64,000 bases of DNA from Alphaproteobacteria bacterium (GTDB lineage Bacteria; Pseudomonadota; Alphaproteobacteria; MPNO01; UBA830), in the NCBI GenBank assembly GCA_965243135.1, contig OZ251539.1, positions 3,808,001-3,872,000 of the forward strand, written 5' to 3'. The position numbers and the translations under genes were made by a program. The notes below the pieces were generated by a model. That model saw only the letters and a list, made by a program, of their open reading frames with translations, searched no databases and had not been told where the DNA came from. Shown piece by piece: positions 19,000-29,883 of this stretch. Each line of letters opens with the position of its first letter. The stretch's first letter is position 1.

Positions 19000-20223
19000 T
19001 CATGACCATAATGTCGAGATCGGAATTGCGGCCATTCGATCACCGAACGGCACGATACGATCATGATCGTAAAGAACCACGCCCATCGCAAAATTGTCGC
19101 CGCAGGCCGCCGCAAGGCGATGCAGGCCCGAGAAATCTTTTCTCGAAACGGTCGCGGAAGCCTTCACTTCGACTCCGACGACTCGTCCGCGCCTGTCTTC
19201 GATGACGATGTCGACCTCGTTGCGTTCCTTGTCGCGGAAGTGCGAGAACGCGTGACGGCCGCCGGACCAACTTGAGAGCTTGAGAAGTTCGCCGAGAACG
19301 AAGGTTTCCAGTACCGGTCCGAACAGAGTTCTGTCCCGATGCACGCGATCCGGCGAAAGAGCCTTAAGCGCGGCAAGCAGCCCGGCATCGAGGAAGTGCA
19401 GCTTAGGAGTCTTCGTCAGCCGTTTCAGAGCATTCGTGTACCAAGGCTGCAGGGTGCAGACAAGAAACAGGCTTTCGAAGACGGCGGCGTATTTCTGGGT
19501 GGTGACGTGGTTAAGGCCGATCTCCGCGCCAAGGCCGGAATAGTTGACAAGACGGCCGGAGTGTTCGGCGAATATCCGCAATAGTCTCGGCATTAGCTGT
19601 ACCTGCTGGATTCCAGCGACAGCGTGCGCATCGCGTTGAATGAGCGCTTCGACATAATTCAGATGCCAGTCCTGTCGACGTTTCCACTTGGAACGGGCAA
19701 GGGCTTCCGGATATCCGCCCGCGAGAACGGTCTCCACGAGCATGTCGCCGACGACGATGTTTCGGGGTTTCGGAACGTCGCATGCAAATACGCCTTTCAG
19801 GAAGGACGAACGCGCTTCGCGCACTTCCGCTTGGGCGAGCGGCAGCAGACGCACGACCTGCATGCGCCCCGCAAGCGAGTCCGCAATGCGCGGAAGCGTC
19901 ATCAGGTTGGCGGATCCGGTGAGAAGGAAGCGTCCCGCGCGCTGGTCAGCGTCTACGGCGGTCTTGATCGCCAGCAGAAGATCCGGCGCGCGTTGCACCT
20001 CGTCGATGATTGCTTTGTCGAGACCGCGTATGAGGCCCACGGGGTCCGAAAGGGCGGCCTCGAGCGTCGTCGCGTCGTCGAGCGAAACGAAGGGGACGGC
20101 GTTGTCCGCTATCCGTTCCGCGAGGGTGGTCTTTCCCGACTGCCTGGGGCCGCACAACAGCACGACTCGCGTGTCCTTCATCGCCTCCCGGATTTGACGT
20201 TCGATAAATCGAGGATAATACAT
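19000..20223 (-). CDS. AAA_14 ATPase with DUF4143 (PD-(D/E)XK-like) C-terminus
   Basis: GPRQSGKTT, IIDEVQR, LTGSAN, SLAGR, GGYPE, KTPKLHFLDAGL, EVDIVIE..GVEVKAS. Confidence 0.9.
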   Translation of the reverse strand: MYYPRFIERQIREAMKDTRVVLLCGPRQSGKTTLAERIADNAVPFVSLDDATTLEAALSDPVGLIRGLDKAIIDEVQRAPDLLLAIKTAVDADQRAGRFLLTGSANLMTLPRIADSLAGRMQVVRLLPLAQAEVREARSSFLKGVFACDVPKPRNIVVGDMLVETVLAGGYPEALARSKWKRRQDWHLNYVEALIQRDAHAVAGIQQVQLMPRLLRIFAEHSGRLVNYSGLGAEIGLNHVTTQKYAAVFESLFLVCTLQPWYTNALKRLTKTPKLHFLDAGLLAALKALSPDRVHRDRTLFGPVLETFVLGELLKLSSWSGGRHAFSHFRDKERNEVDIVIEDRRGRVVGVEVKASATVSRKDFSGLHRLAAACGDNFAMGVVLYDHDRIVPFGDRMAAIPISTLWS

Positions 20224-20669
20224 GGCTGTTTTCCAACCTCGGTTTGACTGATTGAAATCTTGGGCCGACCAATTGAAGTTTGATTCACGACCAATTGAAA
20301 GTCAATATCCGTCCGATTGAAATCCTGATCCGCGGTAGCCGAAAATAGGCGTTCGCTAATACTGTTCAGAAAGCCGACGCTAGGGCGCAGTGCGACATCG
20401 GCTTTCGCGGCGAGACCCGACCGCGACAAGCCGCTGCGCAAAGCTCCCGACGCCGGAGGCACGGCGCGAGGCGCCAAACGCGCTTCGATAGGGGGAAGCC
20501 TCTTTTCGGGCGGTCGCCTCCGTGGCAGCGTTTCGGCAAGCCATCTCCTGCAGCGGAAACCTGCCAATGAAATCCTGCGTCATGCTCTCGACTGGACGGT
20601 CGCGGGCGGCGGCGGCCGGTAGACTTTGTCCCGATTACGGGTGGAAACAGCCCCCTCCGCGGACAACTC

Positions 20670-21884
20670 TCAAGAACTCGCGGCAGCGAATTCCTTGCGA
20701 ATGATGCTCAACTTTTCGACAGCTTTTTTCGCGATACAGTCGGTCAGCTCTTTTCTCTTTTTTTCGTCCGCTAAAATCTTGATATCATCCGGCTGAAGAC
20801 CTGTTCCATCGCGCTGCAAGACGCACCACCAAGGCCAGATATCATGAGGCTTCTCCCCTCTGCCAATTTTACTTTTGAGGTTCTCAAGCCTGTCCCTAAT
20901 CTCGTCGTATTTTTCCTTGCTTTCGCCTTCATCCCAGCAAACGCCAATATAGAAACCATATCCCTTCGAAGCTTCGACGCCCAGCCAAGCGGGTTTCTGT
21001 CCAAATGAATAATACAGGCCGAACCACCCTCGATGTTCTATCGCGTTCACAATTATCTTTTTGGAAATATCTGAATCCTTATGCTGTTTTAGGTCTTTTC
21101 GGCCCTCAAACAAATCCTTTTCTAGGACGCTCCTTATTTCCTTCCACATATCATGCATCAGAGAAGCCTTGGCATACGGCAAAGCCTCCGCCAAATGGTG
21201 AGCGACAAGAAGGTTGTTGTCACGCAAGCAAAGTTTCTTCAATTCTTCCATGAGTTCGCTCCTTTTATCATTGCCTGTCATCCTCTTTATCAGGCGCGAA
21301 TACTGTGCAATGGACTCCCGCAGATCGGGTTCGTCGTAGGCTCGTTTCCGGCAACGCTCAAGCCAAGGGAGAATAGCCTCGTAAGAGATCGAAGTATATT
21401 CTTTTCCATTGAGACATTTGACGCTATCCTTGGAAGGCTTGCGACCGTCGATCGCCAAATACAATATGTGTATGTCCTCTTTTTTATATCCTTGCTTCAC
21501 TAAATCTTTATGGTATCTTTTCAGCTGTCCCTCCTGATCTCCAGCGTAGATTTTGTTCTCGATCGCCAGAGCCTGTCCGTGATCGTTCGTGATCAGAATG
21601 TCGATGTAGTCGCGTTCCCGCTCGACTTTCGCGCCCTCGGGATCGAAGTTGCGCAGCCGTTCGGGAGCGAATTCTCCCATGAAGTCACGCAGATTCGCCG
21701 CCCCTTCCTCGCTCCGATGGCCTAGCAGAGCGGCCAGAAACCGGGAATGAAGGTTGACTTCGTCACTCTCGCTGCGCAGGACGGTAAAGACGTTGAAAGG
21801 TTCCGGGCGATCCGGCTTGTACCTCTCGTACAGGATGGCTGCGTCTTTCAGCAGCCACTCCTCCCGCCGCCGCTCGTCGTTCAT
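20670..21884 (-). CDS. PD-(D/E)XK nuclease family protein (PDDEXK_4-like)
   Basis: FNVFTVL..EVNLHSRFLAALL, IDILI..ALAIENKIYAGDQEGQLKRY. Confidence 0.85.
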   Translation of the reverse strand: MNDERRREEWLLKDAAILYERYKPDRPEPFNVFTVLRSESDEVNLHSRFLAALLGHRSEEGAANLRDFMGEFAPERLRNFDPEGAKVERERDYIDILITNDHGQALAIENKIYAGDQEGQLKRYHKDLVKQGYKKEDIHILYLAIDGRKPSKDSVKCLNGKEYTSISYEAILPWLERCRKRAYDEPDLRESIAQYSRLIKRMTGNDKRSELMEELKKLCLRDNNLLVAHHLAEALPYAKASLMHDMWKEIRSVLEKDLFEGRKDLKQHKDSDISKKIIVNAIEHRGWFGLYYSFGQKPAWLGVEASKGYGFYIGVCWDEGESKEKYDEIRDRLENLKSKIGRGEKPHDIWPWWCVLQRDGTGLQPDDIKILADEKKRKELTDCIAKKAVEKLSIIRKEFAAASS

Positions 21885-22706
21885 TCCCGCATTCTCCCGT
21901 TTTCCTGCCGAGTAAACGACTGTTCCATGCGTAGCGGGTCCTTGTCAACCCCGGTGCCGGGTTAGGCGCAGAAGCTTGCCCCGCCTGTGCGTTGCGTGGA
22001 TGGAAGCCCCATGGGCGGCTTGTCGTCCGGAATTTGGGGGTGCGCCATGACCGCCGTCCCGGAACGCCCTCGGCAAACAGCGCAAACGCCGCGCTGGAGC
22101 GGCAGCCTTGTCCGCGGAGAGTCGCGGCCCGGCGCTTCCGTTGCGAGCGGCCGACCTTGTTGACGTCTGCGGCGATCTTCCATGTCGTCGAACCGATCTC
22201 GGCCATCTGGTTTGCGGCTCCGATCGCAACCGCGAATGACGGCCCTCCGTTCGGTGAACGTCGACCGCCGTTTGAAGACGGCAACGGCAGCGCGGCGCCG
22301 AAAGCCTCGGGCGCCAGCGGCGCGGCCGGAGCATCCCTCGCTTCGACCAGGCCCGTCGGCAACGCGATTGCCGGGTCCGGACGCAAGTGCCGCCCCGGTC
22401 GCGCGGAACGCCGCTTCGCCCGGCCCCGCGTTCAGCCCCGTCTTACGCACGCCCTGCGCCCGCTGTCGATCCTTTGGAACTCCTGATCGCGAAATTCCGG
22501 GACCATGCCGGGGCCGTTCCGCCGGGCCGCCGGACCGGCCGGCCGAAACCGCTTTTCGAACCTCTGGGCGAAGCCCGCTTTCGTGTCGGCGGCGGTCCGG
22601 CGGAAGCGCTTTCCGGGGACTGGACCTTTCGCAGGATTTCTGTAAAATCGCTCTTGGTTGCCCTGACGGGGCCGCCAGATCCGAGACACCAGACTGGGAG
22701 GTTTAC

Positions 22707-24011
22707 ATGAAGATCCTTGCTAACGCGGGACTTGCCGCGGCCGGCGTCGCGGTTGCGCTGGCGGGCGGCGCCGCCACGGCGCAGACGGTGAAGATCGGCG
22801 TTCCGACGTTCCTCACCGGCGCGGGCGCGCCGGCCTTCGGCATTCCCGCGAAGAAGGGCGTCGAGCTGATCGTCCGCGGCATCAACAACGGCGAACTGCC
22901 GGCGCCCTACGACGCGAAGGGCCTCGCCGGACGCCAGATCGAGCTCTTGGTCTACGACGAGGCGGGCGGCGGCACCAAGCAGGTGACCGAACTGCGCAAC
23001 AAGGTCCAGAAGGACAAGGTCGACGCGATCATCGGCTTCATCTCCTCGGGCACGTGCGCCGCGACGACCCGGGTTTCCGAGGAACTCAAGATCCTGACGA
23101 TCCAGACGGTCTGCGGCACGCCGCGGATATTCGAGGAAATCAACAAGAACCCGAAATACGTCTTCCGCACGATGAACCACGCGACCGCGAACAACGTCTC
23201 GGCGGCGCGCTACATCGCGGCCACCATGAAGGACAAGGTCAACGGGTATATCGGCCTCAACCAGAACTACGCCTGGGGCCAGGATTCGTGGCGCGACTTC
23301 GACCTCGCCATGAAGACGCTGATGCCCAGCGCGAAGGCGTCCGGCAAGCAGCAGTTCCCCAAACTGTTCTCGGGTCAGTACGGCACCGAGATCTCCGTCC
23401 TGTCGCGGGCGCCCGAAAGCATCGTCCATTCGAGTTTCTGGGGCGGCGACCTCGAAGCGTTCATCGGGCAGGCGGGCGCGCGCGGCCTGTTCAAGCGCAA
23501 GACCTTCATCCTCACGGTCGGCGAGACCGTCGCCTACCGCCTGGGCAAGAAGTTCCCGGAAGGGCAGCTGGCGGGAACCCGCGGCCCCTACGGCATGTAC
23601 GTGACCGACGATCCGTCGCCGGTGAACCAGTGGTTCCAGAAAGAATACCGCAAGACCTACGGCGAACCTCCCTCGCAGCCGGGCTACCAGTTCGCGCAGG
23701 GCTTCCTCGGCGCCAAGTACGCCTTCGACGCGGCGGGCAAGGCCGCCGGCAAGTTCCCGACGACCGACCAGGTCATCGCGGCTCTCGAAGGGGCGACGTT
23801 CCCGACCTTCGTCGGCGAAGTCAAGATGGCCCTGTCGAACGGGCATCAGGGAGTCACCGACGACCGCTGGGGCGTGACCGTCTGGGACGACCAGAAAGGC
23901 GAGATGGTGGTGAAGGACGTCGCGGTATTTCCTCCCGAATGCGTCAATCCGCCGGACGGCGTCGGCTCGATCGAGTGGCTCAAGGGCGGCATGAAGGGCG
24001 CCAAGTGCTGA
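22707..24011 (+). CDS. Branched-chain amino acid-type ABC transporter substrate-binding protein
   Basis: Signal peptide, VKIG..LTGAGA..FG, NYAWGQDSW; first gene of a Liv-like operon. Confidence 0.88.
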   Translation: MKILANAGLAAAGVAVALAGGAATAQTVKIGVPTFLTGAGAPAFGIPAKKGVELIVRGINNGELPAPYDAKGLAGRQIELLVYDEAGGGTKQVTELRNKVQKDKVDAIIGFISSGTCAATTRVSEELKILTIQTVCGTPRIFEEINKNPKYVFRTMNHATANNVSAARYIAATMKDKVNGYIGLNQNYAWGQDSWRDFDLAMKTLMPSAKASGKQQFPKLFSGQYGTEISVLSRAPESIVHSSFWGGDLEAFIGQAGARGLFKRKTFILTVGETVAYRLGKKFPEGQLAGTRGPYGMYVTDDPSPVNQWFQKEYRKTYGEPPSQPGYQFAQGFLGAKYAFDAAGKAAGKFPTTDQVIAALEGATFPTFVGEVKMALSNGHQGVTDDRWGVTVWDDQKGEMVVKDVAVFPPECVNPPDGVGSIEWLKGGMKGAKC

Positions 24012-24018
24012 TCTGACC

Positions 24019-24051
24019 GGCCGGGGACGTCCGTCCCCGGCCCCCTTTTTT
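24019..24051 (+). terminator. Intra-operon hairpin with U-tract after the binding-protein gene
   Basis: GGCCGGGGACG-TC-CGTCCCCGGCC followed by CCCTTTTTT. Confidence 0.6.
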
Positions 24052-24087
24052 CGACGCGGCGCCGCCCCCGCAAACGGAGTTCCGGCA

Positions 24088-24990
24088 GTGGACCTTCAGC
24101 TCTTCGCCGTCATTATTGTCGACGGCCTCGTCTATTCGTCTTACCTGTTCATGGTCGCCGTCGGGCTGACGGTGATTTTCGGGGTCCAGAAGGTCCTGAA
24201 CGTCACGCACGGCTCGTTCTTCGGCTTCGGCGCCTATCTGGCGGCCTACTTCATCGGCGTCTGGTACAACGCGGAACTGCCCGACTTCGGCGGCTTCGCC
24301 ATCATATTCCTGTCCGCGGTCTTTCTCGGCGTCGTGTTCGGCGTCCTGATCGAGCGCGGGCTTCTGAAGTTCCTCTACGACCGCGACGAGCATATCGTGG
24401 TGCTCGCCACCTTCGCCGCGTTCCTCGTGCTCGAGGACGTGATCATCCTGATCTGGGGCACGGATCCCTACCTGGCCTTCCAGCCGATGGCGCTGCTGGG
24501 CAACAGCGAAATCGCCGGCCTGATCTTCGACAACTACAACCTTTCGATGGTCGCGCTGTCCTTCGTCGTCGCATTCCTCATCTGGTACGGGCTCAACCGC
24601 ACCCGTTACGGCAAGATGCTGCTGGCGGTCATCTTCGACCGCGAGATCAGCATGGCCATGGGGATCAACGTCACGACAGTGTTCCTGACGACGTTCATGC
24701 TCGGCACCTTCCTCGGCGCGCTCGGCGGCGCCTATCTCTCTCCGACGATTTCCGTGCAGCCGGGCATCGGGGTCGAGGTGATCGTTCTCGCCTTCGCCGT
24801 CGTCGTCATCGGCGGCATGGGCTCGATCCCGGGGGCGTTGATCGGCTCGATCGTCGTCGGCATCGCCCGCGCCACCGCGGTCCACCAGCTGCCCCAGGTG
24901 GAGCTGTTCGTGATCTACGCGATCATGGCGATCGTCCTGATCGTTCGACCGGAAGGGTTGTTCGCTCCGATCAAGGCGAGGAAGATATGA
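24088..24990 (+). CDS. ABC permease, LivH-like
   Basis: GLTVIFGV..VLNVTHG, VVVIGGMGSIPGA, RPEGLF. Confidence 0.9.
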   Translation: MDLQLFAVIIVDGLVYSSYLFMVAVGLTVIFGVQKVLNVTHGSFFGFGAYLAAYFIGVWYNAELPDFGGFAIIFLSAVFLGVVFGVLIERGLLKFLYDRDEHIVVLATFAAFLVLEDVIILIWGTDPYLAFQPMALLGNSEIAGLIFDNYNLSMVALSFVVAFLIWYGLNRTRYGKMLLAVIFDREISMAMGINVTTVFLTTFMLGTFLGALGGAYLSPTISVQPGIGVEVIVLAFAVVVIGGMGSIPGALIGSIVVGIARATAVHQLPQVELFVIYAIMAIVLIVRPEGLFAPIKARKI

Positions 24991-25952
24991 CCCGCGACAA
25001 GACCTTCTGGGGCCTGACCGCAGGCCTCGTCCTCCTCCTGGCGCTCAACTTCGCGCTCGAAGAATGGATGCGGACGATCGGCCTGCAGTCGATGGCGCGC
25101 GGCTGCGTCGCGATCGGGCTCCTGATCCTGTGGCGCGCCGGGCTCATTTCCTTCGGCCACGCGCTGTTCTTCGGCTTCGGCGCCTATACCGTCGCCATGC
25201 TGCAGATCGGCGGCGTGAACGACGCCTTCCTGCTGCTCGCCGCCGGCACGGCGGTCGCGGGGGCGCTGGCGTTCGCGCTCGGCTTTCTGCTGCGCCAGTA
25301 CAGGGCGATCTTCTTCGCGCTCCTCAACATGGCTTTCTCGATGATCCTGTACGGCGTTCTCGCCAAGCTGGAATCATTGGGCTCGACCGACGGCATCGGA
25401 ATCAGGCCGGTGACCTTTCTCGGCTACGCGCCGGAAGGCGACGGCTATCGCGCGACGCTGTTCGTCTTCGGCCTGTTCTTCACCTGGCTCGCGGCGGTCG
25501 CCGCGCACTGGTACCTGAAATCGACGCTCGGAACGATGACCATGGCCGTCCGCGAAAACGAAATCCGCGTCGAATATCTCGGATACTCCGCGGAACGCGC
25601 GATCCACGTGAAATACGTCATCTCCGGACTGCTGGCCGGAATGGGCGGCGTGATCATGGCCGCCACCGTCGGGCACGTCGATCCGGATTCCATGGTGTAC
25701 TGGCCGATTTCCGGCGAATTCGTGTTCATCACGATCCTGTCGGGCACCGGCAACGTCAGCGCCACCTTCGTCGGCGCGCTGGTGTACGAACTGCTGCGAA
25801 CCTACGCTTTCGAGTTCGCGCCGCATGTCTGGCAGCTGATCATGGGCGGCGCGCTGTTGTTGATCATCATGTTCCTGCCCGACGGGCTGTGGTCGCTCGG
25901 CGCCGAATGGCGGCGGCGGAAGTCGCTCGGCAAGGCGCAGGCGGCGGAGTAA
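24987..25952 (+). CDS. ABC permease, LivM-like
   Basis: GLISFGHALFFGFGAY, AVRENE, PDGL. Confidence 0.9.
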   Translation: MTRDKTFWGLTAGLVLLLALNFALEEWMRTIGLQSMARGCVAIGLLILWRAGLISFGHALFFGFGAYTVAMLQIGGVNDAFLLLAAGTAVAGALAFALGFLLRQYRAIFFALLNMAFSMILYGVLAKLESLGSTDGIGIRPVTFLGYAPEGDGYRATLFVFGLFFTWLAAVAAHWYLKSTLGTMTMAVRENEIRVEYLGYSAERAIHVKYVISGLLAGMGGVIMAATVGHVDPDSMVYWPISGEFVFITILSGTGNVSATFVGALVYELLRTYAFEFAPHVWQLIMGGALLLIIMFLPDGLWSLGAEWRRRKSLGKAQAAE

Positions 25953-25956
25953 GGCC

Positions 25957-26733
25957 ATGGCGCGCGTCCTGGAGGTTCGCAATCTGGAGAAGCATTTCGG
26001 CGGCGTGGTCGCGGCCCACAACATCAACGTGACCGTCGACGAGGGAGAGACGATCGGAATCATCGGCGCCAACGGCGCGGGAAAGACCACGTTCGTGAAC
26101 ATGGTCACCGGCTATCTGCCGCCGTCCGCCGGCGCCATCGAATTCGCGGGCCGGAGCCTGATCGGCCTGCATCCGCGCGACGTCACGAGGCTCGGCATCT
26201 GCCGCTCGTTCCAGGTGCCCCAGGTGTTCCTTTCGGAGACGGCCTTCGACAACATGCTCGTGGCCTACGGCATCGCGGAAGACAGCGGCTGGCGCATGCT
26301 GTCCCCGATTCACTCGGAAACCCGCAGGCGCCGCGTCGAGGAGCATCTCCGGCGCTACCGGATCGACGATTACCGCGACGTTGCCGCGTCGGCGCTGCCG
26401 CAGGGCGTCCGCAAGCTTCTCGACATCGCGATGGCGACCGTGCGCAAGCCGAAGCTCCTCATGCTCGACGAGCCGACGAGCGGCATCAGCGTGGAAGAGA
26501 AATTCGGCCTCATGGACATCATCATGCAGGCGCTGAAAGAGGAAGAAACCACGGTGATGTTCATCGAGCACGACATGGAGATCGTCGAGCGCTACGTCGA
26601 CCGCGTCTGGGCGTTCTATCAGGGCGAGATAATCTGCGACGCGCCCGTCGCGGATGCGATGAACGACGCCGGAGTCCGCGAATTCGTCATCGGCCAGGAA
26701 TACCACCCGTCGCACGAGGCGGCCGATGCTTAG
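25957..26733 (+). CDS. ABC ATP-binding protein, LivG-like
   Basis: GANGAGKTT, RSFQ, LMLDEP, IEHDM. Confidence 0.9.
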   Translation: MARVLEVRNLEKHFGGVVAAHNINVTVDEGETIGIIGANGAGKTTFVNMVTGYLPPSAGAIEFAGRSLIGLHPRDVTRLGICRSFQVPQVFLSETAFDNMLVAYGIAEDSGWRMLSPIHSETRRRRVEEHLRRYRIDDYRDVAASALPQGVRKLLDIAMATVRKPKLLMLDEPTSGISVEEKFGLMDIIMQALKEEETTVMFIEHDMEIVERYVDRVWAFYQGEIICDAPVADAMNDAGVREFVIGQEYHPSHEAADA

Positions 26734-27370
26734 GGTCTCGTCGCTCGACGTCAACATCGGCGCGACGCCGATCCTTCGCGGCGTCACGCTGGAGGTGCCT
26801 TCGGGCACGATGTGCGGCCTGATCGGACGCAACGGCGCCGGAAAGACGACCTTCATGCGGGCGGTCATGGGCGCGCTCAAGGCGCGCGCCGGCGCGATGG
26901 AATTCGACGGCGAAAACCTGCGCGAGACGCCGCCGCATCGGCGGGTGCACGCCGGGATCGGCTTCATGCCCGAAGACCGGCGGCTGGTGCCGCAATTGAC
27001 CGCCGAGGAGAACATCATGCTGCCGGCCTGGACGACCGGAGCGCCGGACGCGGACGACCGGCTGGAGCGCATATACAAGCTGATGCCGGAAGTTCAGGAG
27101 TTCCGACATCGCGGCGCCACCGAGCTTTCGGGCGGCCAGCAGAAGTTCGTCGCTTTTGCGCGGGCGCTCATGGCCGGGACCAAGCTCCTTCTTCTCGACG
27201 AGCCGTCGGAGGGAATCGCGCCGGTGTTCGCGCATCGAATGGTCGAGATCATGTCGAACCTCAAGGACGAAGGCGAATCCGTGCTGGTGGCGGAATCGAA
27301 CGACAAGCACATCGCCGACCTGCTCGACCGCACTTTCGTGATCGAACGCGGCTCGATCATAAAGGGGTAG
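26726..27370 (+). CDS. ABC ATP-binding protein, LivF-like
   Basis: GRNGAGKTT, LSGGQQ, LLLDEPSEG. Confidence 0.9.
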   Translation: MLRVSSLDVNIGATPILRGVTLEVPSGTMCGLIGRNGAGKTTFMRAVMGALKARAGAMEFDGENLRETPPHRRVHAGIGFMPEDRRLVPQLTAEENIMLPAWTTGAPDADDRLERIYKLMPEVQEFRHRGATELSGGQQKFVAFARALMAGTKLLLLDEPSEGIAPVFAHRMVEIMSNLKDEGESVLVAESNDKHIADLLDRTFVIERGSIIKG

Positions 27371-27425
27371 CGCCGCCGCCGCGCGCCGCTTACCCTTCCC
27401 GGAACGGGACGACGGAGGAACGACG

Positions 27426-28670
27426 ATGGCCGGCCGCATGATCGAAATCGCTTCCCGCGACGGGGGCGCCTTCCGGGGATACCTGTCGGCGCCGGAGCGC
27501 GGCTCCGGGCCCGGACTGATCCTGGGCCAGGAAATCTTCGGCGTGAATCCGACCATGCGGGCGGTCGCGGACTACTTCGCCGAGGAAGGCTATACGGTGC
27601 TCGCGCCCGACATGTTCTGGCGGCTCGAACCCGGCGTCGAGCTGGCCTACACCGAGGCGGACTTCCAGAAAGCGTTCGGCTATTTCGAGCGCTTCGACGT
27701 CGATCTGGCGGTCGAGGACATCGCGGCGGCGATGGACGCGCTCCGGAACCTCGACGAATGCGAAGGCGATGTCGGCTACATGGGCTTCTGCCTCGGCGGA
27801 AAGCTCGCCTACCTGACGGCGGCGCGTCTGAACCCCGCGGTCGCCGTCTCCTTCTACGGAGTCGGCCTTCCGGAACTGCTGGACGAAGCGAAGAACGTCG
27901 ACTGCCCGATGGTCTTCCATTGCCCGGATCTCGACGAACTGATGCCGCCGGAGGGCGTCGCCGCCCTGCGCGAGACGTTCGCCGGACGCGACGACGTCGA
28001 AATCTACGGATACCCGGGCGCGGATCACGGGTTCTGCAACCGCGACAGGGACGTTTTCGACAAGCCTTCGGCGTCGATGGCGCACACCCGGACCATCGCC
28101 GCGCTGCGGCGGGCGCTGGGGCCGCGCTACGATCTGAGCGCGTTGTGGGACAAGCACTGCGAGTACGAGTTCATGACCCGCGACGTGGACGCGACGATGT
28201 CGACGATGGTCGACGAGCCCTACGTCAATCACGTTCCGACCCTGACCGGAGGGGTCGGCTACAAGGAACTGCACCGCTTCTACCTGAACCACTTCGTTCA
28301 CGCCAATCCGGAAGACACCAAGCTGATTCCCGTGTCGCGCACCGTCGGCGCCGACCGGGTGGTGGACGAACTGCTGTTCTGCTTCACGCACACCCGGGAA
28401 ATCGACTGGATGCTGCCCGGCGTCGAGCCGACCGGGAAGTACGTCGAGATCCCGGTCGTCGCCATCGTCAATTTCCGCGGAGGCAAGCTCTATCACGAGC
28501 ACATCTACTGGGATCAGGCGTCGGTGCTGACGCAGATCGGATTGCTGGATCCGGAAAACCTGCCCGTCGCCGGCCACGACGTCGCGAAGAAGATGATGGA
28601 CGCCGCGAGCCTGCCGTCGAACGGCTTGATGGAGCGCTGGGCGGAATCCGCGCCGCAGCCTGGAGATTGA
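27426..28670 (+). CDS. Dienelactone hydrolase fused to a SnoaL-like C-terminal domain
   Basis: QEIFGVN, GFCLGG nucleophile elbow, HGF; C-terminal EPYVNHVPT..HEHIYWDQASVL. Confidence 0.88.
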   Translation: MAGRMIEIASRDGGAFRGYLSAPERGSGPGLILGQEIFGVNPTMRAVADYFAEEGYTVLAPDMFWRLEPGVELAYTEADFQKAFGYFERFDVDLAVEDIAAAMDALRNLDECEGDVGYMGFCLGGKLAYLTAARLNPAVAVSFYGVGLPELLDEAKNVDCPMVFHCPDLDELMPPEGVAALRETFAGRDDVEIYGYPGADHGFCNRDRDVFDKPSASMAHTRTIAALRRALGPRYDLSALWDKHCEYEFMTRDVDATMSTMVDEPYVNHVPTLTGGVGYKELHRFYLNHFVHANPEDTKLIPVSRTVGADRVVDELLFCFTHTREIDWMLPGVEPTGKYVEIPVVAIVNFRGGKLYHEHIYWDQASVLTQIGLLDPENLPVAGHDVAKKMMDAASLPSNGLMERWAESAPQPGD

Positions 28671-28674
28671 ACGC

Positions 28675-29397
28675 ATGGACATCGGGGCCGCAACCGTTCT
28701 CGTCACCGGATCGAACCGCGGGCTCGGCCGCGCTCTGGTCTCCGCGCTGGACGCCGCCGGCGCGCGAAAAATCTACGCCGCCGCGCGCGACCCGGCCGCG
28801 GCGGCCGATCTCGCCGACGAAGAACGCATCGTCACGCTCGCGCTCGACATCACCGACGAAGCGCAGGTGGCCGCCGCAGCCGGGCGGGCCGACGACGTCG
28901 ACCTGCTGATCAACAACGCGGGACGCAACTTCAACGTTCCCCTCGTCGCCTCGGACGGCATCGACGCCGCGCGGGAGGAGGTCGAGACCAACTATCTCGG
29001 CACCCTCCGCATGTGCCGCGCCTTCGCGCCGATCCTCGCGGCCAACGGGGGCGGAACGATCGTCAACGTGATCTCGATGCTGGCCCGCGTCTCGATCCCC
29101 GCCATCGGATCGGTGTGCGGGTCCAAGGCGGCGCTTCTGTTGATGACGGCCGGCGTCCGGGCGGAGCTCGCCCGGCAGGGAACGCATGTGATGGGCGTCC
29201 TGCCCGGCCCGATCGATACCGACATGACGCCCGGCGGCGAGTCGAGTCCCGCCGACGTCGCGGACGCGATTCTGCGCGCCGTCGCAGCCGGCGAGGAGGA
29301 AATCTGGCCCGGACCGATGGCGGAACGGGTTCGCGAAGGCCTCCTCGCCGATCCGAAGGCAGTAGAGAAGGAATTCGCCGCCTATCTCCCCGAATAG
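28675..29397 (+). CDS. Short-chain dehydrogenase/reductase
   Basis: VTGSNRGLG, LINNAG, PGPIDTDM; the YxxxK motif reads VCGSK. Confidence 0.85.
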   Translation: MDIGAATVLVTGSNRGLGRALVSALDAAGARKIYAAARDPAAAADLADEERIVTLALDITDEAQVAAAAGRADDVDLLINNAGRNFNVPLVASDGIDAAREEVETNYLGTLRMCRAFAPILAANGGGTIVNVISMLARVSIPAIGSVCGSKAALLLMTAGVRAELARQGTHVMGVLPGPIDTDMTPGGESSPADVADAILRAVAAGEEEIWPGPMAERVREGLLADPKAVEKEFAAYLPE

Positions 29398-29883
29398 AGA
29401 TTCTTGCGTTGCTCCTGACCTCTTGAAATACAGGTAGGTTTCAGGAGCGCGGCATTTCCTTTACCCCGGCACGGAATGCTGCGAATTCTCCGCGCCGGGA
29501 GAACCGTTTGCGCGGCTTCCACCCCAAATCGCTCCTCGCCCGTGGCCCAGCTCGTCCCGAGTTTGCCGCGCGGCGCCGGGACAACCGGAAATTTTCCGCA
29601 GTTGCCCTCCCGCGCGACCCTTGCGAGCCTGCAGACAGGCGGCCGGAGCGCCGGGCGGACAGAAAATGGCACAGCGCAAACGCCTCTTTGCCCGGAACGG
29701 CGCAAGAGCGCCTGCAGGCGGACGCAGCCGCCGGGCCGAGTTCCCGGCTGCCTCCTCGGCGGAGCATCCCGTCAAGCTGTCGGCGCACAGGGTGACGAGC
29801 CGCCCTCGACGAGGCGCTTGCCGACCTAGACGGCCTTTCGCGGAGGCGGCTGCCGAAGTGTCCGAACGGGACCTCGCCCGGCT

